From assembly GCA_963920595.1 (NCBI GenBank), contig OY986949.1:2852001-2916000 (forward strand): a DNA stretch of 64,000 bases. Reading direction: 5' to 3'. Shown one piece after another: positions 40,042-53,649 of this stretch; position 1 is the stretch's first letter, and each line of letters begins with the position of its first letter. A model generated the notes under the pieces. That model saw only the letters and a list, made by a program, of their open reading frames with translations, ran no database searches and had not been told where the DNA came from. The translations under genes and the position numbers were made by a program. This DNA is from Eimeria praecox (taxonomy: Eukaryota).

Positions 40042-42066
40042 TGTGATATTCAGCAACGAGTGGCCCCCGATGCTGCCGGCTGATCTTAGGTGTGGGGCCC
40101 CCCAGGGCTGCAGAGCTGGGGAGTCTAGGTGCCTATTTTCTCGCCAGTGCAGTTGTCGAAATGCAAAAAGTAAACACAAAGGCTACACAAATAAATGCAG
40201 AAGGCAAGCCTCTTTTAGACGAGGCGCTGAAGGCTCGAGGGGGCCCCCGGCTGCTGCTCGGGCGCTGGGGTTTTCCGCTGTGCAGGGAGGAGCTCTTCAG
40301 TTTATTTGGGGCTCACGTGGGAGGCAAAGGAGGCGACTAAGAACCAAGTTTGAAAGATAAGAAGGGGAAAAGCCCGAAATTCCTGTTCCAGTGCATGCAC
40401 GGCGTTGGGGCTGTGAGGCAACTCGGGGCACATACAAGTTCCTATCGAGTTTTCTTCGCGACAAAACTTCCATACTCCTTGAAGCGTAGGCACCAATAAA
40501 AACCATATACTCAGATTCAGTTTAATATGAACATGAATCGTTCAGGAGTTGGGGGGTTACGCTTTGACCCGGGAGAGGGTCTGTCTTGTGATTAGTCGAG
40601 GGGATTTCTTGTCTCTGTAATACAACTAAGAATGAAGCATAAACACTATTAGAACTTCGCGAGTTTATAGGGGAGTTAAACAGGCAAAACAAGGACTCAA
40701 TAGTTGCAAGCAACGCGGAGGCATGCTGCAAGATTAACGAGCACGTTTAAGAGTATATGCATTTCCCCTTCCTTGCAGGTTAGCTACTGAGGGCCAAGGA
40801 AGTATTTAGCATGTGTCAACAGTGTTCTTGCATGCTACGAAGGGGGACCTATGTACATTTGCATGCGAGCTTGCCAAGCAGCAAGCGCTGCAACAAAGAA
40901 TACTGCAACACGTGACAAGCCGCCTCCCCCCTCTGCCTTATCGGCCCGAGGCTCTTGAGTTGAGTTGCTGTAACCAGAAAGCCTGGGGACTTAAGGGGAG
41001 TCCGTCAGATACTGTGTGAACTGTCTATTAAGTGTGTTGCCTTTGCAACAAAGACCTGCCCTCTCTCTCTCTCCTGCAGGCCATTATGGTCCCCGTCTAA
41101 GCTGGAGGGGCGACTCTCCTACAGAAAATTTAATCGCTGTTTGTGTTTGAAGGACGGCGAAAGAGACACTTACAGTTTTGATGTGCCTCTAGCCACTGTC
41201 TGCGTTTGATGAGGTGTTCTCCTCTTCTTCTATCGTGTGGTTATTAGAAGATTTCCCCGCGTGGGATATTCGCAGCTGCAACAAGTGCATTAGAGCTTCA
41301 GTGTTTTGTATGAAAGTTGAGTGCAGCTGCAAATCATGCGCTGCCTCTGGATGTGTACTGCTCTCATTGGGGGACCTTTAAAAGGGCAAGGGGGCTGGAC
41401 AAGCTGCGGTTTAGTGTCTTTGGCTGCAGTTCGAGTAGACGAGGTTCCCTCGAAACCCTCTTTCAAATCTCGTTTTTGTAGAAAACACGTACTAAAAGTA
41501 CGCCCTGCGGTGGGCCCCCACAGAGGCGAGGGCGGGCCTGCCAGTCCCAAAGAGGGGCCCTCTAGAGCCTCGCCACCGCTGCGTTCATTCATGCATGCAC
41601 GGGGGTTTCACTTGTCTGCTTTGTCCCCCTTTATGTGGCATTGTTCATGACAAATAATGAATTGGAGTCAAATCGCTGCAGAGGAGAAGGGCGCCCCTCG
41701 CTGTGGAACGCACCTTGAAAACAGAGCATCAACCTACGGGGCAGGACCCCCCCCCCCCCTCCACAGCTTGCTTTTAGTCTTTATATTCCCCGGATATGCA
41801 GCGCCAAACCTGCACATATATGCCTCTCTTCACAACCTCTCTCTTTTTCACCCCCCCCTCCCGCGGGGCTTATGCGTATTAGCAGGGGCCAGGTCCAAGG
41901 AAGAGGCGAGGGGAACTTCACAGGAACGTCTCCGCTGTCCAGCGGTAAGCAGAAGATAAAAACCAACCCCGCCCAAAGCTCGAGTTGCAGGGTGGTTTGC
42001 TTAATTGCTTTCGAAGGGCCTGGAGAGGCTTCAAAATGACTTTAAAACGTGCTGCTCCTGAGGGAG

Positions 42067-43563
42067 CTAGAGGAGATAGAAGGCGAGACAGGCCAAGTCT
42101 GTGGAGGCTGCGGGATCTTGGGGCTGCTGGTGAGCCCAGTGGCTGACTAGACTCAGTTTGACAGCAGAAGCAGCAGCGGCGCTGGAACGCATGCGTTCCC
42201 CTACTTCGGTGAGTCGCTGCGAAGCGCCTTCATACGTCCACTGGTATCCCCAGGTGGATATAACTTCCTCGGAAACGGGCTGAGCGGCGCGTTCTCTGCT
42301 GAATGCCGCGAGGACAGAAGAGAAGAATGCAGCAGGGAAGAAGGGGCGCCTCGGCTCCGCAAACAGAGGCCCCTGCTTCGCCAACTCCTCCAGAGGCAGC
42401 AGAGGCCCGCAGGGTAGCGGCGTGCCCGTGATCAGTAGCAGCTCGTGGAACGCTCTGTGGACCTTCGCATCCATCTCAGTCTGAAACTCGAGTGTCTGCA
42501 GCGCCTTTGCCAAGCCCTGTGCCAGAGCCAGTGGGACCGCCGCTTTCCTAGCAGAAGCATCAGCATAAACAGGGAAAGCTCGTTCCTTGGAGCCGAGAAT
42601 GTCTAGAAAGTCCCTAAAGCTCACTAGCTCCTCCTCTGGGGAGCTCAGACCTGCCCCAGGCAGCACGGGAGGCTGCACAAAGTAGCGGTCTTCGTCGCTA
42701 CCTCGTTTGGCAACGACAAACTCCTCCAATGCCTGCAGCTGAGACAGACGCGTCCACGCGGCCTTCATAACAACCCGCGCGATTTGTAGCTGCTGTACGT
42801 ACACCCCGTACTGCTGAGGGGTCGCCCCCTGCGGCGGGCGCTTTTGGAAGACCCGCATTGCCTCCCGCTCGAACAAATCGAGAGGCGACGTCAGGAAAGA
42901 TGTGCCGTAGACCCTTGGGGTATAATGTGAGCAGAAAGACTGCCGGACCTCCGGTGAGACTCTCTCCCAAAGCCGCTTCAATTCGCCCGCTCCGTTGCGG
43001 AGGGCTTTCTCGTGAAGGAGCATTTCCTTGGGGCTCGCTGCTAGGGGAGGGCCTCGTGCTGGAGGCGGTTTACACCGAAAAATGCGACGGCACCCCATCA
43101 TCAGCGCCGCCAACAGCACCACACAGAAGGCAGCACTCCACACAAGAGCCCTGCGCTTGGAATTGGACGCAGACTGGGGCTGGAGAGCGGGGGGTAAGAG
43201 AGGGATAGAGGCCCTGGCGGCGTGCTTGGACTCAGCCTCCTGAGGCGCCCCAGCATCCTCCTCCGCTGCCTCGCGCTCTTCTTCTTTCTCCTCCGAAGCG
43301 GCCGACTTCGAGGCGATCTTACCGCCAGAAGGGTGAAGGTTGTCCTCATCTGCTTCTTCTCCCTTGGCATCGGTTGCCCCCTTGGCATCTGTTGTCTTTA
43401 CCCTTGGGGTTTCTGTTGCTGCTGCTTCAGTAGATCGGGCTCTGCTCTTGCGGGCAATAAGAGAACGGGCGCGCATCCATCGATTGCGCTGGAAAGCTCT
43501 CAGGTAGCTCTCTGGGGCCTCCTTCACATCGGCCGTAGTGGAAGCCTCGTCTTGGGGCTCCAT
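42067..43563 (-). CDS. Intronless hypothetical single-pass membrane protein, resembling Eimeria lineage-specific multigene-family architecture
   Basis: About 498-aa ORF from ATG 43563. Charged low-complexity N-terminus, TM ALVWSAAFCVVLLAALMMG flanked by basic residues, then a helical region of about 330 aa. No recognised domain. Confidence 0.7.
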   Translation of the reverse strand: MEPQDEASTTADVKEAPESYLRAFQRNRWMRARSLIARKSRARSTEAAATETPRVKTTDAKGATDAKGEEADEDNLHPSGGKIASKSAASEEKEEEREAAEEDAGAPQEAESKHAARASIPLLPPALQPQSASNSKRRALVWSAAFCVVLLAALMMGCRRIFRCKPPPARGPPLAASPKEMLLHEKALRNGAGELKRLWERVSPEVRQSFCSHYTPRVYGTSFLTSPLDLFEREAMRVFQKRPPQGATPQQYGVYVQQLQIARVVMKAAWTRLSQLQALEEFVVAKRGSDEDRYFVQPPVLPGAGLSSPEEELVSFRDFLDILGSKERAFPVYADASARKAAVPLALAQGLAKALQTLEFQTEMDAKVHRAFHELLLITGTPLPCGPLLPLEELAKQGPLFAEPRRPFFPAAFFSSVLAAFSRERAAQPVSEEVISTWGYQWTYEGASQRLTEVGERMRSSAAAASAVKLSLVSHWAHQQPQDPAASTDLACLAFYLL

Positions 43564-44292
43564 CTTGACTGCCAAAGCGCGCAGCCCGCCGGGGCCCCTA
43601 GTGCGCCATACCCCTGCCCTGCTCGGGAGATAGATCTTGGTGCGAAGGCTGATACCGTTGTGAAGGCCCGCCTCCCCCTTTGGCTCTTCTCAGAAAAAAT
43701 ACTTCACGGCACTCCCGTCGCCCCCAGCCCACCTGTGTGGTGGACGGAGTGAGGGACCGCCAGAGTGAAGAGGGAAGCAAAGACAGTTTGGATTTGTCTA
43801 AGTATCAAAATTTCAACATTGATAGATCTCGTTTTGGGGAGGCTGAGAAAGATGTGCTCCTGTCTCTCGGGAGAGAAACATCAAAAGCTGCAACACCAGC
43901 ACGAGCAGCAGGGCCGTTTGATGTGCACACAAGTGAGGGGTACAAAGCCACCCAAAATTTTATTATTAATTTGCACTTGCAGTTTCAGTGTCAAAGACAC
44001 GCTGGCAGCAGCGGTTCTCCTTTGCCCCTCAACGGAGGTGAGTGTCCCCCACAAGCTGTAGCGTCGTGCCACACTCAATACGTTGAATCTCTGTAATGCA
44101 TGTACTGTCTACTGCGGTCAAAATAGCTTTGCCACGAGCCTAAAATGTGTCATTTGTTGCAGTGATATGCAAAAATAAAGGCTCTTTGTATGCGCAACAA
44201 TACAGAAAAGCTGCCCGTGTCTTCCACATAAATGATAACGGAAACCGTGTTCAATATTTAGCCTGTCTGAAGCGTCCATGCTGCACAAACAA

Positions 44293-47200
44293 CTAGATAC
44301 ATTTTCGCTTTCTACATACATATATATATACATCATGATTATTTCGTTTCCTGTGACCCCTCCAGTGTAGGTGTGTGTAATATGAGGAACACCTTGGTAC
44401 TACTGTGTGGCGTTCACGGTATTGAGCTCGAACCCCGGTAACTAATGCGAGCCAAAATACGCTCTTAAGAATTTTATAGGGTGTCAGTCCAAACTCCATG
44501 CATCGAAAAGAGGTTAGGGTGTTATTGCTTCTAAGCCTTTCTTGATGCAGCAGTCGCAGGACGAACCGCTGTCGCCCAGGGGAGGCGTGTTCTTTCCAAG
44601 CTAGTTTCAGGATGAGGCTGCGACAGGGATGTATGGAAACCGGATAGTCAGCCAGCTGCTTCTTGGCGGACTCACTAGGCACAGCGCTTTGGCTCTTGAA
44701 GCTCCCGCTACTCCTACGCTAAGGCTCTGTAGTATCCTTAACCGTTATCTAGTTCTTGGTTTTGCAATATGTTTCTGAAGTCGCCGGCACCGCCGGACTT
44801 GCTTGCAAGCACTGGGCGATGCGAAGCACCGGACGCCTTTGTCATCAGCGCAGCTATGGCTAGCTGCAACCGGCTGTAACCAATTTCACAAACTAGGCAG
44901 CCTCCAGCAAGCAGCGGTGGATAGGCATCCAGTACTGAGTAGTTGCCTTTGCACTCCTTCTCCTGTCGTGTATGGGGCTCTGACACTGTGGTGTAGGTAC
45001 AGGCTGCAGCTCAGGGCAGGTAGAATTGAATACAGGAAGAACATCTAATGGAGCAGGATTTATTGCTTGGGACGACGTACTGAGCGCGTTCACCTTAAGA
45101 TTGAAGAAAATGCTCACAGTCAAGCAAACAAGCAGTACCATAGAATACACATACACCAAAGAGCACGAATAAGTGCATGCGTTGGTGACAGCGCAAACAG
45201 TGAAGCACCGGCTCCTACGGCGAAACAGCTGAAGCACCTGCTAGCTGCAGCGAAAACAGGACAAAAATATCCTTCCGCCTTGCATGAAAATTTGCAGCTC
45301 TTCGACATGCGCGGCAAGAACAGAAGGATCAGGCCCCTCAAAGGAGAGCTACTGCTGGCGGAGGCAACTGTGCGTTCACCTACTTAAGTTGCAAGCCTAG
45401 CTACTACTGGCACGTTTAACCGGATAAAAGCAGCTGTCAAGTTCGCATTTATCTCTCTCGCGTTCCTTTTCTTCGAGGAGGGAGTACACCTTGTCGTGGA
45501 ATTTTGCTGGTGCTGGTCACCTGACCGCGTAGCGCTCATTCTCACTTCCCAGATGCTTCCGCTCCTTGGAACGTTGAGTGCAGGCGATTGTTTGGTGCTC
45601 TTTCGAGTCGCTGGAGTGCTGAGAGATAATCGCGTTTTTTGAAATGAGGGAGCATGCGTATAGGAAACGATTTTGAGCCGGCGATGAGCACAAATTCAGG
45701 AATGAAGTTGTAGCGGTACGATGCTAGATGGAGGAACTTCTGAACGACCGTGCAAAGGTAATGGAGTAATGGGCACCCCCAAATTGCGTCTACCTTCATG
45801 TGACCTGGCTCGATTCCCGCAGGAGAGGCACGCAGCTCTAAGGAGCCCAGTGTATGCATGGCAAACGATCAATTTTATGCTGTTGCGAACCATTTCTTTT
45901 AACATAGCATGCGCCAAGCACGCCACACATGCTGTAGGTGCTCCTGCACACCCCAGCTGAACAAAAGAACTTCGTTCAGATGTAGAAATCTTCCAGCCCC
46001 TCTTGATTAATTTAGCCGCAGAGAGGCAGGTGCTTTTATGAGGGCAAGAGGCTCGTATGTGCAGTCTACTTTGGTATAAAAGGTAGTTTTGTGACTGGCG
46101 TCAGAATGTATTGTCAACCGCAAAAGCGCACGAGCGAAATCAAGTGGTGGATACACTGCTGAGACCTGCAGGAGCATAAACATTTTGCCCATCCGGGCCA
46201 TCGATCACCTTTGTTTTACTTTCACATTTTGAGGGACTTGAAGACGATGCAGATGCGCAACATCCCCAAGGTCGCCAGCACCGAAATGCGTCCGACTGGA
46301 ACAATGCTGCGGGCTATTCGGGAAGTTAGTTTGCTGGTGTACTGGGAGTTCAGCTTGTTGCCGGAACCGTGGTACCTCCTTGTTATCTAATGCATCTGAG
46401 AAGTCTTCTTTCAATCGTATCCGCTTCTGTTGTTCCTCGGATGCTTGGTGGAACGAATCCCTTTAACCAGTAGTCTTCATAGGCTCGCTATGGTGGACTG
46501 TATGCATAATCCCGTCCTTCTTTGCAGCGCCTCTTCAGTGTATAGGAGCATGCGGGCTCCTTTCTCCTTGGGACTATGCTTCCGCTCTTCCCATCCTAGA
46601 TGATGCAAATGCCTTGGGTAGCGCGGAGAGGTGTACATTCTCATTTATCCCCAGTGCATAGGCCTTAACGGTATAGTCTGGAGGTCGCATGCATCCCCTC
46701 CACTGTGTAGCCCAGGACATGTATAGGATTACATCGTGTTAACTCGCCCGGCATAAGCATCTTGTACCGAGATAACATGACTCATTTCTGAATTGATCCG
46801 GTATCGGACGCCCAGGATTTTACTGATCCTCGTATCCTGTATGCCGCCCGTTAAGGGTTGTCGCACAGATTGCGGCAACGAGCGGAGTTGTAGGCTGCAC
46901 CACTTCGTCGTACTTTTAGATATCATATTCGCTTCGCAGCTTGTGCCTAGCGGGACTAGCAACTCCTGAGCATTAATGAGAGCTTGGGTAAACACAGATT
47001 TGAGCTTCTTGGGGGGGGGCCGGGACCTCCCTCTGAATGGTTTGCTTGTTACCAGTGAGGCATTGCTCGAGGTCCTGTATCTTACATTGCTTAGAACCTT
47101 CAGTGAGCTTGCTTTCTCTATGGGCCTAGATGCGTTGTTCGGTATGTGTCGCCGCCCTTATGGGGACGGAGTTCTCCGGCTGCAGGCGGTTTCCTCTGCT

Positions 47201-48147
47201 TCTTGGGTGGGGCCAGGTTGTGTAGCCCAGCGACACCCAAATATACATAGGCTGCGCATCTGGATCATTTAGAAGCCTTCTTTCTTCAACCAGGGAGGTG
47301 GGAGAAGCGAGTTTTTTCCTCGCTCATATGCAAGCTCTGCACCTTCCACGCCAATTTCTTCTTCCCCCCCTACTCCCCTCTCAGCTGCCCAGTTGGTTGT
47401 CAGTTGCCTCCCCATGGGACAACCCTGTTATGGAGCATTTACATACAAATTGCGGTCCACCGTTCGGCTTTTGACCACCAAATATTGATAATTACGGGGA
47501 CTAGAGCTCTCAGCCTTAAACTAGGGCATCCGTGATCTGCAATAGAATCCAAATACGTGAGAAAAGAGCCGCCAAAGCTGGTTATTCCGACCCACATCCT
47601 CTCCCCCAACATTCTCCACAGGTGCTAGGCACAACAGCCGAAAATGCCTGCAGCTGATGCGAGGAGGAGACGGCCAGTCATAAGCTGCCGTGCGCCATGC
47701 TGCAAGTAATGTTGCAAGACAACCCCGCAGACAAGCACAACCAGACCCCACTTCCTGTATGTTACTTTGGACAGTTGTTAAACACTTAGTTGGCCCTCAT
47801 TAAGCAGCCCAAAAGCTACTATAAATGCACATTCCAGCTTTAGACAGACCACTCTGAAAACGTAACCCGCAACAACCCCTGCTTCAAGACAACCCCACAT
47901 GTAAGTGTACCCCAGCCTCCTTCTGGAGCATACCCCTGCTCTAGAGGATTACTAAACATTTGCTTGACCCTAATTAACCAATGTGCACGCAGGTTAAGTT
48001 GAATGGACCAACTTCAGGCGCACTGTGCTACACAGGAAATAACCTCCTACTGCTGAGCAGCTAGTACGAGCTAGAAGAGCCATTCATTGTGTGGGTAGAG
48101 CTCTTCTTTGCGTTAAACACCACATTCTGGCTCCACCACTGTGTAGC
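44293..48147 (-). mobile_element. Degenerate Ty3/gypsy-type LTR retrotransposon relic (copy B), PR-RT-RH-IN order
   Basis: On -: LTR-end-like GCTACA (48147-48142) then PBS-like TGGTGGAGCCAG (48138-48127). Protease-like VPLGTSCEANMISK (about 46955); LKEDFSDALDNKEVP (about 46410); RT YPPLDFARALLRLTIHSDASHKTTFYT...KAPAS (46201-46020); decayed YxDD region HLNEVLLFS (about 45980); SPAGIEPGHMKVDAIW...VQKFLHLASYRYNFIPEFVLIA (45830-45680); RNase H-like about 45340-45150; integrase zinc-finger-like FWLALVTGVRAQYRE (about 44460). Domain order matches Ty3/gypsy. Confidence 0.8.
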
Positions 48148-48853
48148 AGAGTTACAGCAGCACCTCACGGGTAAATAACTGCGAGAATGAATAGCAGAGG
48201 AGTAGTTGCTGCCGTAGCGCCTGCACAGGCTTTTTTTGGTGCCATTCGCATGGACAAACTACAAACACAACTGTATGAAAAAGATGCAGTAGCCGCTCTA
48301 AGCTTTGGAAAGAATTATTGCCACCTGCCGGGGGAAGCTTGCTCTTCTTCCCATGCTTAGCGTGTTGCTGCTGGGGGGAGACCAGAGTGCATGTTCACGG
48401 CTGCTGTTGTCCCTAGTCATTGCAGCGTGATAACTGCGGAACCACATGCCGTTCAATCAATTTCACTTCATTTAATTACTGCTATTCGCCGGGATTCACC
48501 TCACAGCGTGAGGGACGCCGTGCCCCCCACAGCAGAAGGCAAGGGACCCCGAGGCCTGCTCGGGTGTGCGGGCAGCTTCGCTTCAGATACTTCAGACCTT
48601 CTTCTTTGTCTGCAGTGTACATATACCTCAAGAGTGAGTTAACAGTGTTTTGCCCATCGACTGCGCCGCGGCATTAGGCTAAGCACCGGCAGCAGCGCTG
48701 CGGGCGCAGCTGCTTCACTAGCCACCGCAGCAACAGCAGTTCTTCGGCGTGGGGTCCATCCCTCACTTCAACCTATTGCTGGGTTAATCAGCTTCTGCTG
48801 CGGCTGCTGCCGCCGCAAGTTTGTGCAGAGACAGCGGAACTAGTTGCTTCGCC

Positions 48854-51800
48854 ATGGCAAGACGGGGGAAGGGCTCGCGTGGCGCCGCTGTAGACAACGG
48901 CCAGCAGCATATGCAACCTCTGCTGGGGAAAGCCCCAGAGAGCAAAGGAAGGGACCGATGCTGCACTGAGGCTCACTCGCCACCGCAGGATTCGAAAGCT
49001 TTTAGTGAACGGAATGGCGCCAACAGCTGCAGCACCGGCAACAGCCAAGTTTGCTACAACGGGAACGGAACAAGAAGCAGCAGCAATGGAGGCTGCGACA
49101 GCGAACAGTCTCACGAAGTATGCGTAGAGAATACTCATTGCAACAGCAACGGCAGGAGCTGTGGACAACAGCAAGCGCGGGTGCAGCAGCAGCAGCACCT
49201 CCAGCGGCAGCGGCCGCTGGAGGAGATGGCTACGGGGACGCACAGTTGTGTTGATGATTGCGACAGCGCTGGCTTGAGTGCTTCAGAATGCCAGCAGGAC
49301 CAGCAGCGGATGCCCTTGCCGCACCCTCAGGCTGCTCTTGGCTTAAACGGAGACCTGCGGGATGCCTCCTCACAGCAGCAGCGGCACGAAAAGGAGCAGC
49401 AGGATGAGGAGGCGCAGCAGGAGGGTGCTGAAGAAGAGGTTCAGGGCGATACTGTGCAAATACAGGTGCAGGGGGAGACGAGGGGTTCTCCCTCGGCGGA
49501 TGACTCGCGCGCGCTGCGCAGGCAACTGGCTGTAGATACAGCTGCTGCACGAGCCCGGAGGAAGCTGCTGGTTGCCTCAGCGGTGTGTTTGGTGTTTATG
49601 GCAATTGAAGTTGTCGCGGGCATTGCGTCTAACTCCCTCGCCCTTATGACGGACGCCTCGCATCTCCTATCAGATCTTTGCGCCTTCCTTATCAGGTGGG
49701 GTGGGATAGGAGAATGCGCGCATGTAGCAGCACCAGTTGTCTATATGGGTGATGTCCTACGGCATGTTCTGTGTGTTTCTTCCGTGCCTTCTTGGATCGG
49801 CATTGCCGGGCTTATCTCAGCTCGCTGCCTGTCGAACGTAGCTGCTCTCTGTCGGATGTAGCTGCTTCACGCCGTATTGCTTCTACCTGTTTGCGGTCCT
49901 TAGCCTCTGCGTCTCTGTTTGTCTCTTTTTTTCGGTCTATGCATCTCCAGCGTGCCCCCTATCTTTTCCTTCAGTTCATCTTTGCTCCCTGCTGTTTGTA
50001 AATGGTCCGTGTCTGTCCGCTCTGATGCTGCTCGTCTGTTGCGCAGGCGTATCTGTAGGTTTGCTGTTGTGTGCCTTCTGCTTGGCTTGTGCATATTTGG
50101 TGTTTCTGTGCGTCTTCTGACCCGCGTCTCTTTCCTGTCAGTCTCTCGGCGCGTCTCCATGTTTCATGTCTCCTACCGCTCTGTCTGCCTTCATTGTTGG
50201 CTCTTTCCCCCTGGTGTTAGTGTGTTTGTATATTCGAGAAAGATGTGAGAGGTGCATCTTGTTGATAATTTAGGGAATGTGTCCACGTGTGCTGCGGGGT
50301 GTGGGGTGGCGCTGGGCTGTCTGTCCAGCTTGTTTGCCTTGTGGGTGTCTCAGCTGAAAGGGACCATGTCGATGTCCTTTGGATATCATCGGGCCGAGAT
50401 TCTGGGGGCGCTGCTTTCCGTTCTGCTGATATGGGGTGTCACTGCAGCTCTTGTGGTAGCGGCGCTGCACCGCATTGCATCGCCGCAGAAGGTGCAGGGA
50501 GGCCTCATGCTGCTGACGGCCTCTATTGGCACGGCGGCTAATTTGTTCATGGCACACATTCTCCACATACACTCACACGGGATCGGGAGAATACACACAA
50601 GCCGCCCGGGGTCGTCTGATGATGGAAACAGCCACGCCAACAGCGGGAGCTGCTGCGGCAGCGACAGTAGGGGGACAAGGGCTTTGCTCCCTCTCCACTC
50701 GAGCGGCTGCTGCAGTGGCAGCAGCAACAGCAACAACAACAGCTGTGAAAACAGCCACGATACTCAGGGGCGCAATAAGGAGGAGGGGCATGCGCTGCTA
50801 CCGCAGCGGCGGGCAAGTGACGCAGAGCAACAGCAGCAGCAAGCCGCAACAGCAGGAGGAGAGGGAGATGTCTATGTACGAATGGAAGAGGAGGACCCAG
50901 AGGCAGAAATAGAGAGCATGAATCTCAGGGCTGCTTATATACACGCAGTGGGAGACCTCCTGCAGAACATTGGGGTGATGATCGCGTCGGCAATCATCTG
51001 GTACGCCCTAACCTTAAACCCTAAACCCTAAGGATTTAGGTCCTAGGCTACACACCCAAGCGGTAGCCTCCAGGCTCCAGGCTTTTGACAGAGCTTGTAA
51101 CATTGGTTCTGGATGCACACAGAGGTGTTCGGTTATCCATAGCAGGAACCATCTGGAGCTGTTTCCTTGGTGGAGCAAACCGCCGCTTATTGGCCGAAGG
51201 TGTGGGGTCTTGGGTTTTGTCCTTGCAGGTACAATCCCGAATACTCGATCGCAGACCCCGCTTGCACTTTGGTTTTCTCGATGTTCGTTCTCTTGACGAC
51301 GGTTTCCATTATCCGAGAGGTTAGCGGTCTTTGCTTGAGCCCCTCCTGCGCCTTCCCATTTGGCTGCCGGTGCCACTGATGTTGCTACTGCTGCTTTTGG
51401 TTCTACAGCCTCGGCTGAGACAGTGGCTCTGTCCGATTTTCTGGGGGTGTCGAGGAGGCTTGGAGGTAGTGGGCGGCGTACCTGTCCATTGGCCTGCGTG
51501 AAGTGTCAAAAGGGCTGAGACTTGGGGCATTGAAGCTTTGCTGCACGCGGCTTTGACCCCCTTGATGGCTCTACAGCTAGTCTGTGGTGCCGCTGGACAG
51601 GGCGAATGCAGCGGGGTAGTGCTGCTGCTGCTGTTTTTGCTGTTTCTCAGGCGGTGAACGTGCTGATGGAGGGCACTCCCTTAGGCCTAGACGTGGCGGT
51701 GCTGCAGGCCGATTTAGTGTCTCTTCGAGGAGTCCTAGAGGTTCACGATCTGCACGTTTGGTCTATATCTATAGGCCGGCCGGCACTTGCATGCCACCTT

Positions 51801-52688
51801 GTTGTGTGTAAGCTACCCGCGCACCGGCTGCTGCTACGGTTGCTTTCGGGGTTGGCGGCAAGCTGCATCGACTACTGAAGCTTCCTGGGAACGGGAACTG
51901 CTGCAGTGAACCCAGTGCCCTCGAACCTGCAGACTTCGCGCCGGCGCTGGCGCCGGCGCTCGCAGTTCCCGCTGCTCGGGCGGCGGCAGAACTCATCGAT
52001 TTCCTCCCCCAGCAGCAGCAGAGGGTCTGTTGTGCTTGTGGTGTGTTTAGGTGATGAGGAGGCTGCACGACGCGTTTTGAGAGCAGCTACGCTTCTCTGT
52101 CAGCGCAAACATGGCATTCTACACACGACTATCCAAGTAATCTGCCGGCGTCGCTCTGTTCCCCTTGTTGCTGCTGCTGGTAGCTGCTAGGTGTACCAGT
52201 GGTTCCCGCGCTGGCAGCAGCCGAAGCCGAGGTGTACAGGCAGTTGGGTCTATGCATGAGTAGCGCTCCAGAGGCAGCTGGGTAGACGCGCTACTGCGCG
52301 TGTTTCTTTTTTGAGGTGTATACTACGTGGAGGCAGGTGCCACGGGGTATTGGCTGTTCAGGACTTTGGTTACGTTACCTCGAACGGCCCTGCTGGGCTT
52401 TTCTGTATTGCAGTGTGCACCTGCTGTTGCTGCCGCTTGCTATTACGTTGTGCTGCTACTGGCTGCCGTTGCTTCTCGGTGCAGAAATGTTTCGTACCCT
52501 GCAAGTGCTGCAGTCTGCTTTGGCACCGGGCAGCGCAGGAGACTGGTAGGTGCTGTTCCAACTGCTGGACAGTTGCTTGTGCAATGTGCGGCTGCTTGCT
52601 GCAGACGGACTTCTCCTCGGATGCCTCCTGCTGTGACACAGAGGCTCACCAGAAGTGCATGGAGCCTTTAACCCGAGCGGAACTTTGA
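48854..52688 (+). CDS. Cation diffusion facilitator zinc transporter (ZnT2/MTP1-like), 6 exons
   Basis: Exons 48854-49695, 50329-51000, 51229-51319, 51651-51807, 52051-52136, 52605-52688 (GT-AG). Motifs: SLALMTDASHLLSD; SFGYHRAEILGAL; His-containing loop (HILHIHSHG); NLRAAYIHAVGDLLQNIGV; ADPACT; LMEGTP; VHDLHVWSI; HTTIQ. Confidence 0.94.
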
Positions 52689-53649
52689 TCGAATTTGCGC
52701 GCGGATTTCCTCTGTCGAAAGGGCTGCGAATGATGGATGCTGTGGAACCTGCTGCAAGGGAGACTGTGCGATAGCAGCTGCCTTCTTCTCATCGTGCCAG
52801 CAGCAGCAACGACAGCGAAAGCTGGGAAGGACAGGGATGTGGAGCAGCCGCTACTGAATCCGGTGTTGCTACACAAAACCAGCTACTTTGTTTCCATGCT
52901 CGTGCGCCCTCTCCAGGGAGTTTCTGCGTTACAAGGAACACTCTGCAGTGGCAGCAGCAGTAGTGTGCTCGCCTCAGTTCATTGCATGCGACTTCAGCAG
53001 CCGCCACCATGTTTTAGGTCCTGCAACGATGCAGCACACACTGCATCTCCATGTCTTCAGCGCTGCAGCAGCCCCACAGCGACAGAGCACCAGCAGCAGC
53101 TGGTAGGAGCAGGAGCTAGGCTAAGCAGGCTGTGCTGGGGTGCAGAGAAACTTGAGGCATCCTTGTCTCTGGAAACCTTCTGTTTCAGCTGCAACACTGC
53201 GGTAGAGACAGGGCGAGGGTTAAGCGCCTCTTGTTTCAGTAAACCGATTGGCTCAAGTGTCCCTTTAAGTTACCTCTTGTTCGCAGCTAGCCTATTGGGG
53301 GGCTTAGGGCCTTATTGACCTTGCAGGTCTCTCTTGGCCAGCAGGCAACTCTAAAGAGGAGTGACGCTTTTTAGCGGCCTCGTTGATGCTTCTCAAGAGG
53401 CAAGGCCCGCAAGCGCTGGGGAATACTGACGCGCTGCAGTGGAGTCTTTGCAGTAGCTTTCAGCGGCCTGCACCTCATTGGGGGAAGCGCTGTGACGTGC
53501 GTTAAAACGATTGGCGTGGTGGCAGAACAACCCATGTTCGAGCATTCAGTTTGCGTTGGCTTATCATACTAAGCGAGACCCGGTTGGAACGGTCTCCTTG
53601 CTTCGGGCATGTGCATCTAAGCCAGACGTGGTGGGTTCAAGTGCAGGAT

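Noticed and set aside
52737..53318. 193-aa ORF after the zinc transporter
   Set aside because: No motifs and a composition like the CAG-containing UTRs; probably 3' UTR.
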